Source of the DNA: Octopus vulgaris
Taxonomy: Eukaryota
Assembly (NCBI GenBank): GCA_951406725.2
Contig: OX597822.1
Span: forward strand, 25,172,001 to 25,236,000
Length of the DNA: 64,000 nt
Reading direction: 5' to 3'
Shown: piece by piece, positions 14,752 to 27,890 of the stretch
Layout of the letters: each line of letters begins with the position of its first letter
How positions within the stretch are numbered: position 1 is the stretch's first letter
Program-made: the position numbers and the translations under genes
Notes under the pieces: generated by a model
Databases searched by the model: none
What the model was told of the DNA's origin: nothing
The model's input: only the letters and a program-made list of their open reading frames with translations

Positions 14752-14871
14752 ATTTTTTGCGTAATAAGATAAAAAAAACCAAGGCTGTGTAGATATTAGA
14801 GCATTTATAGATATCTATAAATGCTCTAATATCTACACAGCCTTGGCTTTTTATCTTATTATGCAAAAAAT
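14752..14871. repeat. Near-perfect 120-bp palindrome with no loop (centre GAT|ATC at 14812/14813)
   Basis: CCAAGGCTGTGTAGATATTAGAGCATTTATAGAT|ATCTATAAATGCTCTAATATCTACACAGCCTTGG; left end abuts (TA)n. Confidence 0.92.
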
Positions 14872-15004
14872 ACACACGCTGACATAGAACCAGTGTTGAA
14901 CCCCTTATTCGCAAAATTACCGAATCTGGAATTTAACTATGGTCTGTCTATAGCAATTATTCAGCATTACCTGACACTTTTGGGTCTCAATGACACCATT
15001 ATCG

Positions 15005-15045
<41 letters not shown>

Positions 15046-15062
15046 GACTGCTTAATTTTCTG

Positions 15063-15136
15063 TCTGACTGTTTGTCAGTTTATTTATATATCTATCGATC
15101 TATCTACCTATCTAACTACGTACCACTGTATATATA

Positions 15137-15187
<51 letters not shown>

Positions 15188-15312
15188 GGCCTGCCCGCTT
15201 AGCCAGCCGGGTGGCGTCATTCGAAGGCTAAAACAATGCAAAGTGCTTTGTGACCAGCGATGTGTAGCAACATCTGATAGCCTAGTCGGTCACGGTGATC
15301 ACGGTGATCACG

Positions 15313-15371
<59 letters not shown>

Positions 15372-15438
15372 TGGTACGTAGTTAGATAGGTAGCTAGATA
15401 GATCGATAGATATATAAATAAGCTGACAAACAGTCAGA
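15063..15438. repeat. ~70-bp inverted repeat (15063-15129 / 15368-15438) enclosing (TA)n-SINE tail-(TA)n
   Basis: TCTGACTGTTTGTCAG...CTAACTACGTACCACTGT and its reverse complement, with 1 mismatch and a 4-bp indel. Confidence 0.88.
15188..15317 (+). mobile_element. SINE family A tail type 1 only (5' truncated)
   Basis: GGCCTGCCCGCTTAGCCAGC..GGTGGCGTCATTCGAAGGCTAAAACAATG...GTCACGGTGAT; same tail as 31519, 52698 and 60260. Confidence 0.8.
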
Positions 15439-15702
15439 GAGATAGAGAAATGAATATACAGATTGGCAGATAAATTGGTATGTAGACTGTTAGACGTCGA
15501 TGTAGAGTATAAAAAACAATGAATAAGAGAGATAGATTTTGCGATGTTAACTGAGCTAAACAGGAAATAGATTTCCTCCTTCTCCTCTTACTATTGTTCT
15601 ACTACTACTACTACTACCACTACTACTACGGACGAAATGCCGCTAAGCATTTTGCCCGGCGTGCTAACAATTCTGCCAGCTCGACGACCTAATAATGATA
15701 AT

Positions 15703-15740
<38 letters not shown>

Positions 15741-15757
15741 CAACAACAACAATAATA

Positions 15758-16342
15758 ATGTTATCATGTAGAGTGTTTTGTCTTGATATAAAAGATGGGT
15801 TACAGCAAATATTTTGCTCAATACCACAGATTTGCTTGTCAGTATGCCCTGATACAGTACCAGGCAGTAGTTCTCGTGGCTTGGAAGTGTTATCATGTAC
15901 ATTGTTTTGTCTTGGTATAAAAGATGAGCTACAGCAAATATTCCACTGAATATCTCAGATCTGCTTGTCAGTTGTTTGACCTTAATCAATTGAGCATTTC
16001 TGATCAAGAGTAGAAATAGTGGGAGGGTATCATAGCCATGTATTGAGAGGGATTCTTTGGGGCTTTGGATAATTCACCTCTGGAAACTTGGATCCTTAAA
16101 CAAACCTTATTCAGGGACTTCTTGAATAGGATGGGCTACTCGAGATAAAGAAAATTCGAACATAGCCCCCACCTGCAAGGTCATGCACTGCTTATCTTGA
16201 TATGAGATCACCATGTCGCGCACATGGTTGTGATGCATGAGTCTGGTGTACCCTTATCAAGGGGGTAATCATGATGGGTATCTTGGGATTCGTAGAATTT
16301 ACCCCAGTGTCACTTTGATGGCATGCACTGCTCTCTCACTGA
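15758..16342 (+). mobile_element. Family X repeat with a partial internal duplication of its 5' part
   Basis: GTTATCATGTA...GATTTGCTTGTCAG occurs twice (~15760 and ~15889); ends TGCACTGCTCTCTCACTGAATAATA. Confidence 0.8.
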
Positions 16343-16354
16343 ATAATAGTAGTA

Positions 16355-16563
16355 GTTTCAAACTTTGGCACAAGGCTAGCAATTTGAGGAAAGGGGTTAA
16401 GTCAATTACATCAACCCCAGTGCTCAACTGGTACTTATTTAATCGACCTTGAACGGATGGGAGGTAAAGCCGACCTCGGCGGAATTTGAACTCAAAATGT
16501 AAAGACGGACGAAATGCTACTAAGCATTTTGTCACGTGTGCTAACGATTCTGCCAGCTCACCG
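16355..16563 (-). mobile_element. SINE family C
   Basis: Reverse complement GGTGAGCTGGCAGAATCGTTAGCAC...TGAGTTCAAATTCCGCCGAGGTCGGC...GCACTGGGGTTGATGTAATTGACTTA. Confidence 0.8.
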
Positions 16564-16566
16564 TAT

Positions 16567-16639
16567 TAATAATAATAATAATAATAACAACAACAACAAC
16601 AACAACAACAACTACAGCAGCAACATCAGCAGCAGCAGC

Positions 16640-16686
<47 letters not shown>

Positions 16687-16694
16687 CTACTACT

Positions 16695-16784
<90 letters not shown>
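16567..16784. repeat. Compound (AAT)/(AAC)/(AGC) microsatellite
   Basis: Directly visible. Confidence 0.95.
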
Positions 16785-17395
16785 GGATCTCTTCAGTATG
16801 GCTTACAGATTTAATATTTTCTTTGTTAACTAAACAGTTTGAAACTTCTTATACTGGTGTAATTTCTCACGTTGAACAGTTCACTTGCAACATTTTGGAC
16901 AAAATTTCGTATGTTAGAAGTTATTTCGTGTTAAAATTGTCGTATGTCGGTAATTTTAACCAATCAACCACGTGTATTCAGTTGAAGAAACCTATTGCAG
17001 TTTTCGATAGTAATCGAAGAGCAACAACGCCCGGGCCATCTCTACTAAATGTATTTTTCAACTACGTGTGGATTATTCGGTGTGGTTAAAAAATACATTT
17101 TATTAAGATGACCCAGAAGCTGTTGCTCTTAGATTACTATCGCATACAGCAGTAGGTTTACTTCAGCTGAATACACGTTGTTGATTGGTTAAAATTATCC
17201 AAATACGACAACTTCAACATGAGATAACTTCTAACATAGGAAATTTTGTCAAAAATGTTGACAGCAAACCGTGTTCAGCACGAAAAATTACACCAGTATC
17301 AAACTGTTTAGTTTGATACACCAGAATTATACCAGTTTCAAAATGTTTAGTAAAAAGTAAAACATTTTAATCTGGGAGCCAAATTGAAGAGATCC
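16785..17395. mobile_element. 611-bp fold-back MITE, imperfectly palindromic along its whole length
   Basis: TA|GGATCTCTTCA...TGAAGAGATCC|TA; internal arms pair (AATTTTAACCAATCAACCACGTGTATTCAG / CTGAATACACGTTGTTGATTGGTTAAAATT; AAATGTATTTTT / AAAAATACATTT). Confidence 0.85.
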
Positions 17396-18185
17396 TAATA
17401 ATAATTTATTTCATTTTTTTAACACACTCTCGAATTTGTTTCATTACGTAACGAAAAAAAGGCATCGATCACCTCGTCTATTTCCACAGTTGAGGTTCTT
17501 TAATGTGTAGCAGTTCAAACACTTATCGTGGACAAACAAAATAATAACACAGATAATTTGTTTTCTTTGTAAATGTTACGTTAAAATTTCGTCTTTTCAT
17601 GTTATCACATATATTTAACCAACCAGGAAGAATGTTTAATGTCATGCCCTGGTATTTATGCTCACACCTAATTCCTCCACGTTCACACACGATTTAGTAT
17701 TGTCACCGCAACTTTTTGATGGTTCGAATTTAAAGGAAAACTTATTGCGATAATATGTTTAGGCTTAGCTCGTGTTGTTATGACTCGAAGCTAAGTCATA
17801 GTACTAAACATAAAAGTACTAAAACGAGGAAGAACAGATGATGTCATGGTATGATATTTATACTCGATTACCCGCAGATGATTGCTATATATAGAAAAAC
17901 TTACCGTGAAAAATAACAATAGAGTTAACTGGTGTCATTGACTTGACATAATGTCCCGATCTCAGAACTAAATGTACTTAAACCGATGATTAACCACACA
18001 CATATCTGACATTCGGAAATTGAAACGACTCATAACAAGGTCGGTTGAGTGGAATAAGGTTGTTAAAAAAGTATCCTGAAGGATGGAATTAGTTCTTAGA
18101 CTCAACGTTATATTATATAGTTCATACAGATAGCTTTCATTTCATGTAATATAGATAGCTAATCAGTGTATATACCCTCCTTTTC

Positions 18186-18232
<47 letters not shown>

Positions 18233-18390
18233 TAACAATATAGGGTGAAATTAATTAATTTGGAAAAATTATTAATTACACCAAGTAGATTTCGGCATGT
18301 AAAAGCCTCATTCGAGGAAAATTTAAGTAATACTAAGCAATTAAGGGTTTAGCAACGAATTGCCTCACCACACACCGAATTATTGCTTAG

Positions 18391-18478
<88 letters not shown>

Positions 18479-18682
18479 TATATATATACATTCCTTTAAT
18501 CTTTTATTCTTTTACTTGTTTCAGTCATTTGACTGTGGCCATCCTGGAGCACCACCTTTAGTCGAACAAATGTATATATATATATATAACAAATGTATTT
18601 ATATATATATATATCAAAATAAGCAACAAGGATATCCAAGGAAGTGTAGTAAAATTGTTTCAGGCTACTTCATTTTATTAAA

Positions 18683-18774
<92 letters not shown>

Positions 18775-18904
18775 ATACTGAAAATGTACGCACAAGGTTA
18801 TTTACACACACACAAGCCCACATTATTTTAAATTCACACACACATGCATTCAGACGCACTCGGATCCCTTCAAACATACACAATCACATACACACATTCC
18901 TTTG

Positions 18905-19155
18905 AGCACCGTTATTATCTCCCATTCACTTGGCTGTTTTTCGGGACATTTCATCATGCTAAATTGTTATTCCTACGCTTTTTTCCTCTCCGATATTTTT
19001 CGTTCCCTCACAACTTGTCTCTCTCTCTCAACCCTTTCCTTCGAAGAGCGTAGGCTCGAAACATCAAAGACATATCCATTCTTCCTGAGCTTTAAACTAA
19101 TACACCTGCTTGCTGTTCCTTCACTTGCCTTCGTCCTTTATTTTCCGTAAATTTG
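18905..19155 (+). mobile_element. Putative Penelope-like pLTR fragment with degenerate hammerhead-like motif
   Basis: GAAGAGCGTAGGCTCGAAAC...TTCCTGAGC.TTAAACTAATACACCTG is the reverse complement of the 8699/35120 family. Confidence 0.55.
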
Positions 19156-19635
19156 AGGATATATAGGACACACATTTAGATTTGTTTATTTACTGCTGAA
19201 CTATATATTTACGCTCGTACACTAAGTTCGAATCCATAATGGATAAAGATGTAGCTGTCTTGCGCGCGTGTTTTCTGTACGTATTTGAAACTACATAATT
19301 GCTCATTAATTAGCGATTCCACTGATGATCTACAGATTCCAAATTAGTTTCTTTGGCAATTAATAGTGAAACTCGAGTTCGGGATTAACTAATTCATTTT
19401 TTGTTTCTTCTAGTGTTATAATCATGCTTCATGAATTTTTCCGTGGTCTGGATTTTAACTGCTCTTTTTAGCATGTAAGGAGTCCTGTCAAGGATCTCTT
19501 CTCTGTGCATAAAAATATTTATACACTCTTATATTTTTTACAAATATGTTATGTCGTATGACTTTTATTTATGCATCCTAACCACTGGTAATAAATTATT
19601 TTAATTTATTACCCTCGTATTTACGATAGTTATAA

Positions 19636-19699
<64 letters not shown>

Positions 19700-19766
19700 A
19701 TGTATGTATAATTTGAGGTATTACATTTCTAAATCTCTCAGAGAGATTTATACAGTAGCAGCAAGA

Positions 19767-20055
19767 TAAAGTGATGGCTTGTTGCCAACTTAATGTGGCA
19801 GTCCCAGGAAAGAGAAGAATGCTACTGCTATTTACGCCCAGGAAATACGGTTTCCAGCTATCCACGTGACACAAGCGTTTTGTGTCCTTATGTTTTCAAG
19901 AAGGGGAGACGAGCACCCCCACCCAACAAATCCACCATTCAGAGACTAGTTTCAGAGTCATTGCTCATCATCAGTCTGGAGTAGCTTGGCTTGCTAGCTG
20001 TTGATCCTTATTCCCTTTCTTGGGACTGCCACATTAAGTTGGCAACAAACCATCT

Positions 20056-20060
<5 letters not shown>
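19767..20060 (-). mobile_element. ~295-bp element bounded by ~50-bp inverted repeats and containing a hammerhead motif (Penelope-like pLTR inversion candidate)
   Basis: TAAAGTGATGGCTTGTTGCCAACTTAATGTGGCAGTCCCAGGAAAGAGAA (19767-19816) versus its reverse complement at 20011-20060; right end abuts (TA)n. Confidence 0.65.
19940..19978 (-). ncRNA. Minimal type I hammerhead ribozyme motif
   Basis: RNA reads CAGA-CUGAUGA-U-GAG-CAAUGA-CUC-U-GAA-ACUAGU-C-UCUG: stem I CAGA/UCUG, full core, palindromic stem III ACUAGU, GUC cleavage triplet (cut between 19944 and 19943). Confidence 0.7.
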
Positions 20061-20122
<62 letters not shown>

Positions 20123-20124
<2 letters not shown>

Positions 20125-20282
20125 CGCAGGAGTGGGGTGTGGTAAGAAGCTTGCTTCCCATCTACATAGTTCCGGGTTCAGTCCCACTGCGTGGCACTTT
20201 GGGCAAATGTCTTCTACTATAGCCTCGAGTCGACGAAAGCGTCGTGAGTGGATTTGGTAGACGGAAACTGAAAGAAGGCCGT

Positions 20283-20286
<4 letters not shown>
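20123..20286 (+). mobile_element. SINE family B 5' half
   Basis: GGCGCAGGAGTGG..TGTGGTAAGAAGCTTGC...GGTTCAGTCCCACTGCGTGGCAC...GGATTTGGTAGACGGAAACTGAAAGAAG. Confidence 0.85.
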
Positions 20287-20365
<79 letters not shown>

Positions 20366-20619
20366 GTATATACATTCTTAATTGTGTATAAGATTGGAGA
20401 ACAAACTGCTTTAATTTCTAATTTTCAATTCTCATTTCTTAATTCTTGACTTAGAAATTTCAATATCTGATTATACATCACAGCCGGTAATATTTTGTAA
20501 AAGTCGGTTACTGTAACCAATACAAAAATACTTATTCTGGGCGATTAAAGAAAAGAAGTAAAAGGAATATTTAAACATATTTCCGTGCTGGGTCATCTTT
20601 ACTTTTTACTTCCTCTCTT

Positions 20620-20676
<57 letters not shown>

Positions 20677-20734
20677 ATATATATATATGTATGTATGTAT
20701 GTATATGTATATATATATGTGTGTGTATGTGTGT

Positions 20735-20915
20735 GTGTTTGTAGAACCATCGCTTGACAATCGGTGTTGATTCACTTATGTCCCCGTAACTTAGTGGTTT
20801 GACAAAACTGACCTCTAGAATAAGTACCAGGCTTAAAAAATATAAGAACTTAGGTCGATTTTCCATCAAAGCGGTGCCCCAGCATGGCAGCAGTCCAACG
20901 ACTGAAATATGTAAA
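20735..20915 (+). mobile_element. SINE family B 3' half
   Basis: CATCGCTTGACAATCGG...GTCCCCGTAACTTAG...GAATAAGTACCAGGCTTA...CCAGCATGGCAGCAGTC. Confidence 0.75.
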
Positions 20916-21479
20916 AAAAACAAAAACAGATATAAATGTTTGTGTCTGAGTGTGTCTTCAACGTCTTGAGTAAATTCTCTTTTATGTTATATGTAATATC
21001 TTTGTTTTAATTTAGCTAGTAATCTATCTTTTGAATGATGTTTACATCTTGAACCTGCTATTGCGTCATTCAAGCTTCCTTGGAAAGTCCGCAGCACTAG
21101 CTTTGAGTCAATTTGTTTACCAACTGTTTGCTTAAATTTGGAAGCATGATGGGCCTTAGTTATTTCTTGTCCTCTCCGTTTTCTTTCTTATTTTCTAAGC
21201 GATGGGTATCATTGTCGTTGTTCATATTTTCTTATTGTTGCTTTGTGATTTTCCCCCAGTTCTTTGCTTTGATTTTGTGTAACAGTCATTAGTTGAGTTG
21301 TTACTACTGTTGCTGATTTTTAAAAATTCTATTTAAATTTTTAGAAAATTGAAGACTAAATCATTAATTTTATCCTTGCTCTTGCGCGGTAAGTTGTACA
21401 TTTTCATTGTATGCTGTTGTTTTTCTCTTCATTGTTGTGCTTAGTCTTGTAGTATATAAGTAAGTTTGGTAGCCATAAC

Positions 21480-21798
21480 GCGCATGGCTCAGTGGTTAGA
21501 GCTTCGGGCTCACAAGTATGAGGTAGTGAGTACGATTCCCGGAACGGGCTGGGTGTTATGTTCTTGAGTAAGACACTTTGTTTCATGTTGCTCCAGTTCA
21601 CTCAAGTGTCGAAATGAGTTGCGACGTCACTAGTGCCTTTGCCTTTCCCTGAGTAACATCAATGGGGGAGTGGGGGAGGCTAGTATGCATGGTTGACTGC
21701 TGGTCTTCTATAAACGCCCGGAATTGTGCCTCGGAGGAGAACTTTCTAGGTATAATCCCATGGTCATTCGTGACCGGAGGGGTGCCTTTACCTTTACC
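21480..21798 (+). mobile_element. tRNA-derived SINE family D, near full length, with (CTTTA)-type tail
   Basis: GCGCATGGCTCAGTGGTTAGAGC (A box)...GAGTACGATTCCC (B-box-like)...GTTGCTCCAGTTCACTCA...CCTTTACCTTTACC. Confidence 0.7.
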
Positions 21799-23087
21799 TG
21801 GTAGCTATATTGGTGTTGTTAACAAATCAAATTTGTTAACCAAGATCTAACGTAAAAGTGTTATAAAATATTGCTTAAAATAACTGCACACGTTTACAAG
21901 TACTGAGTCCCTTTAACTGCATTTAAGTTCATAATTTTCCTTGTAATTCAATTCAGTGTCATTTAATTTAATTTGTCATTTAATTATATTTGGTTGGTCA
22001 ATATAGTTAGTTGTGCTAGAGCGTTCTGAAATTTTATTGGCTTGTGGATTCTTAAGGATGAGTGTTGAGTGTGCACACAGTTTGTAACGTTGGTTTGGTT
22101 TATTGTTTCATTACAAAGTAGGCATACTCGTATTTTATTAAATCTATGAGAAAACTAAATAGATATATGTGACATAGAAAGCAACAAGAAGTAAGAAATG
22201 TATGGAAGAAGAAAGGGTGACTGAGACAGATAATAGCATTATAGAGATAGATAAATAGATAGGGAGACAGATAGTTGTATAAATATACATACTCACACGC
22301 ACATGCGCACGCACACACACGGACGGACACAGATGTACACACACACGTGCATACACGCATATATACATATATATATGTGTGTGTGTGCACATATACATAT
22401 ATATACACCATACGTTCTTACATACAAACACGCAGACACGTTAGATACACGTATATTTTTAAGTATATGTGCCTGCTTCTATGTTTCTATATGTATATAT
22501 GTATGTATGTGTGTGTTTTTGTATTTATATATATGCATGTGTTTACATACATACAGGCATACAAACAACTCTGCGGCATACTCAGCAAGTATATGTATAC
22601 ACGTATGAGAGTGTATAAATAAGCATATAGAGTGTACACAAGCACATAGATATTTAGATAGATACATACATATATAATTAATGATGAGAGACACGAGAAT
22701 TTCGAGGGAGATACGAAAATATAGATAGGGGTAAATGAAAACAAGTGGGGAGATGAAAAGAATACAAAGCGAACTGTAGACCTAAATGATAACATACGTG
22801 AAGAAACGGATGTTTACGGGGACACTGTTGGTTAGGGGTAGGGGCCGATCCTAGGGAAGCAAGTCTTGGACAACGGTCTACGAAGTCTGTCTTAATGTTT
22901 TCCATATGAATACATAGGTTGCGTTGGAAAAATGATCTTTTGGATGTTACAGAAAACGTAGACGATACCCACTGCCATAAAAGCAAAACAAACACATACA
23001 AATAGGATCTATACTAACTCACGTAACCGTGCGGGCATACGCATACACACATCCGCATGATTATAACCCTGCTGTGTGATTGTGTCC

Positions 23088-23135
<48 letters not shown>

Positions 23136-23137
<2 letters not shown>

Positions 23138-23532
23138 CTCTATTTTACTCTTTTACTTGTTTCAGTTATTTGACTGCGGCCATGCTGGAGCACCGTCTTT
23201 AGTCGAGCAAATCGACCCCGGGACTTATTCTTTGTAAGCCCAGTACTTATTCTATCGGTCTCTTTAGCCGATCCGCTAAGTGACGGGGACGTAAACACAC
23301 CAGTATCGGTTGTCAAGCAATGTTAGGGGGACAAACACAAACACAAACACACATATATATATACATATATACGACAGGCTTCTTTCAGTTTCCGTCTACC
23401 AAATCCACTCACAAGGCATTGGTCGGCCCGGGGCTATAGCAGAAGACACTTGCCCAAGATGCCACGCAGTGGGACTGAACCCGGAACCATGTGGCTGGTT
23501 AGCAACCTACTTACCACACAGCCACTCCTGCG

Positions 23533-23534
<2 letters not shown>
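23136..23534 (-). mobile_element. SINE family B, full length, inserted in (TA)n
   Basis: Complete head GGCGCAGGAGTGGCTGTGTGGTAAG through tail GCAGTCAAATAACTGAAACAAGTAAAAGAGTAAAA, with an internal (TA)/(TG) linker. Confidence 0.92.
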
Positions 23535-23580
<46 letters not shown>

Positions 23581-23609
23581 CATTTGTGAAGGTATAACTA
23601 ATAATCCTC

Positions 23610-23785
23610 TCTATAGGCACAAGGCTTACAATTTTGCTGGAGGAGGCGAGTCGACTACACCAGCCCCGGGGCTCAACAAGAAAATATTTTATTGAAAGGC
23701 AAAGTCGACCTAGGCGTAACTTGAAGAGCCGGAAGGAGTGTCACTAAACAGTTTGTCAAGCGTGTTAACGATTCTGCCAGCTTGC
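23610..23785 (-). mobile_element. SINE family C, diverged
   Basis: Reverse complement GCAAGCTGGCAGAATCGTTAACACG...GGTCGACTTTGCCTTTCA...AGCCTTGTGCCTATAG. Confidence 0.65.
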
Positions 23786-23812
23786 TAACTTATAGATATG
23801 TATAAATATAGC

Positions 23813-24185
<373 letters not shown>

Positions 24186-24500
24186 TATGGCAGCTACGAA
24201 GGCTACAGTTGTTTCGATTAACGGAGCAGTCTGCTAGTGGAGTTAACGTGCGATTGGCTGAGCATCCCACAGGCACGTGTAGTACCCTTAAAGTAGTTCT
24301 CGAGAAGATACAGTGTGACACAGAGTGTGACAATGCCAGCCCTTTGGAATACAGGTACAACAGAAACAGGAAGAAGGAGTGAGAGAAAGTTGTTGTGAAA
24401 GAATACATCTGGGTTCGCCGCAATCCGCTGCTAGGTATTTTCTGTCAATAAACACTCACAACGCTCGGTCTGGGAATCGAAACCGCGATTCTACGACTGC
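24186..24500 (-). mobile_element. SINE family A body joined to tail type 3
   Basis: A-family CGCGGTTTCGATTCCCAGACCG...CAACTTTCTCTCACTCC followed by CTGTATTCCAAAGGGCTGGCATTGTCACACTCTGTG...GCACGTTAACTCCAC. Confidence 0.7.
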
Positions 24501-24559
24501 CAGCACCGGCTGTCAAGCGATGGTCACGATGGTCAGGGAATAAACACAGACACAAAGAC

Positions 24560-24634
<75 letters not shown>

Positions 24635-25628
24635 TGTATATATGTATATATATATGTGTATGTGCGTGAGTATATATACTTATACACACACACACACGCA
24701 CATACATATATATATGTATGTATGTGTGTGTGCGTGCGTGCGTGTGTGCATGTGCTTGAGTGTGTGTGTGTGTCTGTGTGTGCAAGTGCGTGCATGCGTG
24801 CGTGCGTACTTGCCCGCGCGCTCGCGTTTTAAGAAGAAACAGACCTAAATTTAATAGAAAAAAATTGGCATGGAAACAAAAACAGAGAGCAGCGTACAAT
24901 CCTTAAAAGTAACATACTGCACTAAGTGTAGCTCAAATTGGCAACCGTGTGGCTATCGCCTATTGTTTAGCAGTGCATTTTCATAAAAATAGGATGGTAT
25001 CAAAAAGGGTGCTAATATGCTACTTTCACCCTTGTTCTGCTCGACATTATAATTGTCGATTGATATTTCTGTACTACTAATTGCTACGTCACATGCATCG
25101 TAGTTTTTCTTCGTAACAGTTATGCTGGATGAGTGATTAATCGTTATATAGCAATGAAAAGGATGTGGATCTTCCCTAGTTATATCGACCCATAGGCCGA
25201 GGTTTTCGTTTTCCGTGACATATATGCTCCCCATCTGGATGGGATGCCTGTCCGTCGCAATGATTACGTAGAATTTTTAATAATTTACTATTCATTTTTG
25301 GGTGATCTGACTGATCAATCCGTTTTTCCCTCTAATGCGGAGAAAAGAACTGCTCAAAAATCGTTACGTTACGTCAATTCATCCAGCTAACACATTCCTC
25401 TGAGCTGACCGAAGGATACAGATATGTGAAAGTATCTTTGCGTATACCAGTGTTTGTATTCATAGATAAATCTGTTACATAATCATGCTCATAATATATA
25501 TCACAGTTTTGCATATACAAACATACAACACACACATACAGTTAGCCAGACACACACGTATACACAAACATACGCACACACCATGTACCCCAACACATTT
25601 CTATGTTTGTACCAAGATACATACGCAT

Positions 25629-25710
<82 letters not shown>

Positions 25711-25719
25711 ACACATATG

Positions 25720-25929
25720 TATGAAAAGTTCGTGGTTTTGGGTAAAAGAAAATGCAGGAGGATTAGTTAATTATGGTTTTATCTCCAGCATATTCCTCTC
25801 TGAGATTCACACACTAAGTGCAGCGCCCCTTCCGTTTTTCTAAGCCCTGTAAAAAACTCGGAAGGTTGGGTCTCCAACTTGGCCTTTAGCGATGTCCCTA
25901 AAGCCTAGAACTTTTGGGCACCTCGTCGT
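25720..25929. mobile_element. Mariner-derived MITE
   Basis: GAAAAGTTCGTGGTTTT...AAAGCCTAGAACTTTTGGGCACC ending at TA; second copy at 33840-33975. Confidence 0.6.
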
Positions 25930-25953
25930 ATATATATGTATGTATGTACCCCA

Positions 25954-25998
<45 letters not shown>

Positions 25999-26734
25999 GT
26001 GTGTGTGTGTATATTAACGCTACGTATCTTCGCCGCACAGCACGACTTTGCATACCGGACCAAGTGAGCACCTGCCAAGACTCCATGCAACCCACATAAG
26101 ATTCCAGATACATATAATCTCTGTCTTACACACAAACACAGACACTTACACACGTGTATACACATGCACACATACAAAGACTCGCATGAACACACAGACA
26201 CACACACACACACACGGTTTCAATAGAACTGTCTGTAGAGGCTGATGTGTGTGTTTGTGCATTTCAATATTTCTGTTTGTATGTGTGTACGAACGTATGT
26301 ATGCCTATATGTATGATTGTATAGGTGTGAGAATGTATATGTAAGTATGTATGTATGTATGTATGTATGTATGTATGTATGTACGTATGTATGTACGTAT
26401 GTATGTATGTACGTATGTATGTATATGTGTGTGTCCGTGTGTCCGTGTCAGAATTTAACTCTTTCGTAATAATATCATTTGTGTCAATGACATTTCTCCC
26501 TTTCATCGTAAACCTACTTGGCTCCTTCTTATCTTTATCATCTTTGGTTCAGCTATTGTTTTTGTTGTTGAAACTATTAGTGTTGTTGTTGCTGTTGCTG
26601 TTTTAAAGCTCTTCCCGATGTTCTAGGTGTGATGATTCTAGTTGTTGTTGTGGCTGCTCGTTGATGGTTTTTACTGTTGTTCTTGGTGATGTTGATAACT
26701 GTTGTTATTGCTATTAATATTGTTATTACTTCAG

Positions 26735-27505
26735 AAGTGACGATGAGCTAGTAGAATCGTTAGCACGCCGTCCTGAGTTCAAATTCTGCCGAGGTCGACT
26801 TTGCTTTTTTTCCTTTCGTGTTCGATTAAATAAGTGTGTGTGTGTGTGTGATAAAATGAGTACCAGTTGATTACCGGGGTCGATGTAATTAACTTACTCT
26901 CTCCCCAGAACCTGCTGGCTTTGTGCCAAGAGTTGAAACCAATACTATTACTGGCAGAATTGTTACTGCGCCGGACAAAATGCTTAGCGGCATTTCTTCC
27001 GACTTTACGTTCTGAGTTTAAATTCCGCCGAGGTCGACTTTGCCTTTCATCCTTTCGGGGTCGACAAAATAATTACCATTTGAGCATTGGGATGAATGCA
27101 ATCCACTTAGCTTCTCGAAATTGTTGGCTTTGCACCAAAATTTGATAGCAACATTGTTAATATTTCTAAGGCAATACTATCCTTTCGGGGGTCGACAAAA
27201 TAGTTATCAGCTGAACACTGGGGTCGATGTAATCGACTTAACCCCTCCCCTACAATTTCTGACTTTGTGCCAAAATTTGATAGCAACTTTGTTTATATTT
27301 CTAAGGCAGAACCGTTACCAATGCGGTCGAAATGTTTAGTGTCATTTCTTCCCAACTTTGCGTCCGGAGTTCAAATTCCGCCGAGGTCGACTTTACATTT
27401 TATCATTTCGGGATCGACAAAATAGTTATCAGCTGAACACCGGGGTTGATGTAATCGACTTAACCCCTCCCCTACAATTTCTGGCCTTGTGCCAAAATTT
27501 GAAAG
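26735..27505 (+). mobile_element. Cluster of 3-4 head-to-tail SINE C copies or fragments, partly a local tandem duplication
   Basis: Repeated GAGTTCAAATTCCGCCGAGGTCGACTTT; the block CGACAAAATAGTTATCAGCTGAACAC..CCCCTCCCCTACAATTTCTG occurs twice. Confidence 0.8.
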
Positions 27506-27529
27506 TTATATTACTATTCTGTTGTTGTC

Positions 27530-27890
27530 AATGTTCCTGCTTCCGCAATGGGTGGTCCTGTTGTTGTTGTTGTTACTGTTGCTGCTTTTCTTACTGCTAC
27601 CGTTGCTACTGTTGGTGCTGCTGCAGTTGATATTTTTGTTGTTGTTCTTGTCTTTATTATTCTTGCTATTGCGGTTGATGTCGCTGCTGCTACTAGTGTT
27701 GGTACTTCTGCAGATATTATTTTTGCTGTTGTTGTTGTTTTTATTATTGTTGTCATTGTCGCTACTGCTGCTGTTGTTCTTACTACTATCGTTGCTAGTG
27801 TTGGTAGTGCTGCTGGTACTGCCGCGGGTGCTGGTATTTTTGCTATTTTTTTGTAGTTGTTATTGTCGTTAATACTACTGCTACTATGAT
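27530..27890. repeat. Degenerate (GTT/GCT/ATT)n low-complexity tract
   Basis: Directly visible. Confidence 0.85.

Noticed and set aside
16514-17089. 191-aa poly-Asn ORF
   Set aside because: It spans a SINE end, an (AAC/AAT)n tract and the left arm of a MITE.
27489-27872. Leu/Val/Cys-rich ORFs resembling membrane proteins
   Set aside because: They derive from a degenerate trinucleotide repeat that is open in several frames.
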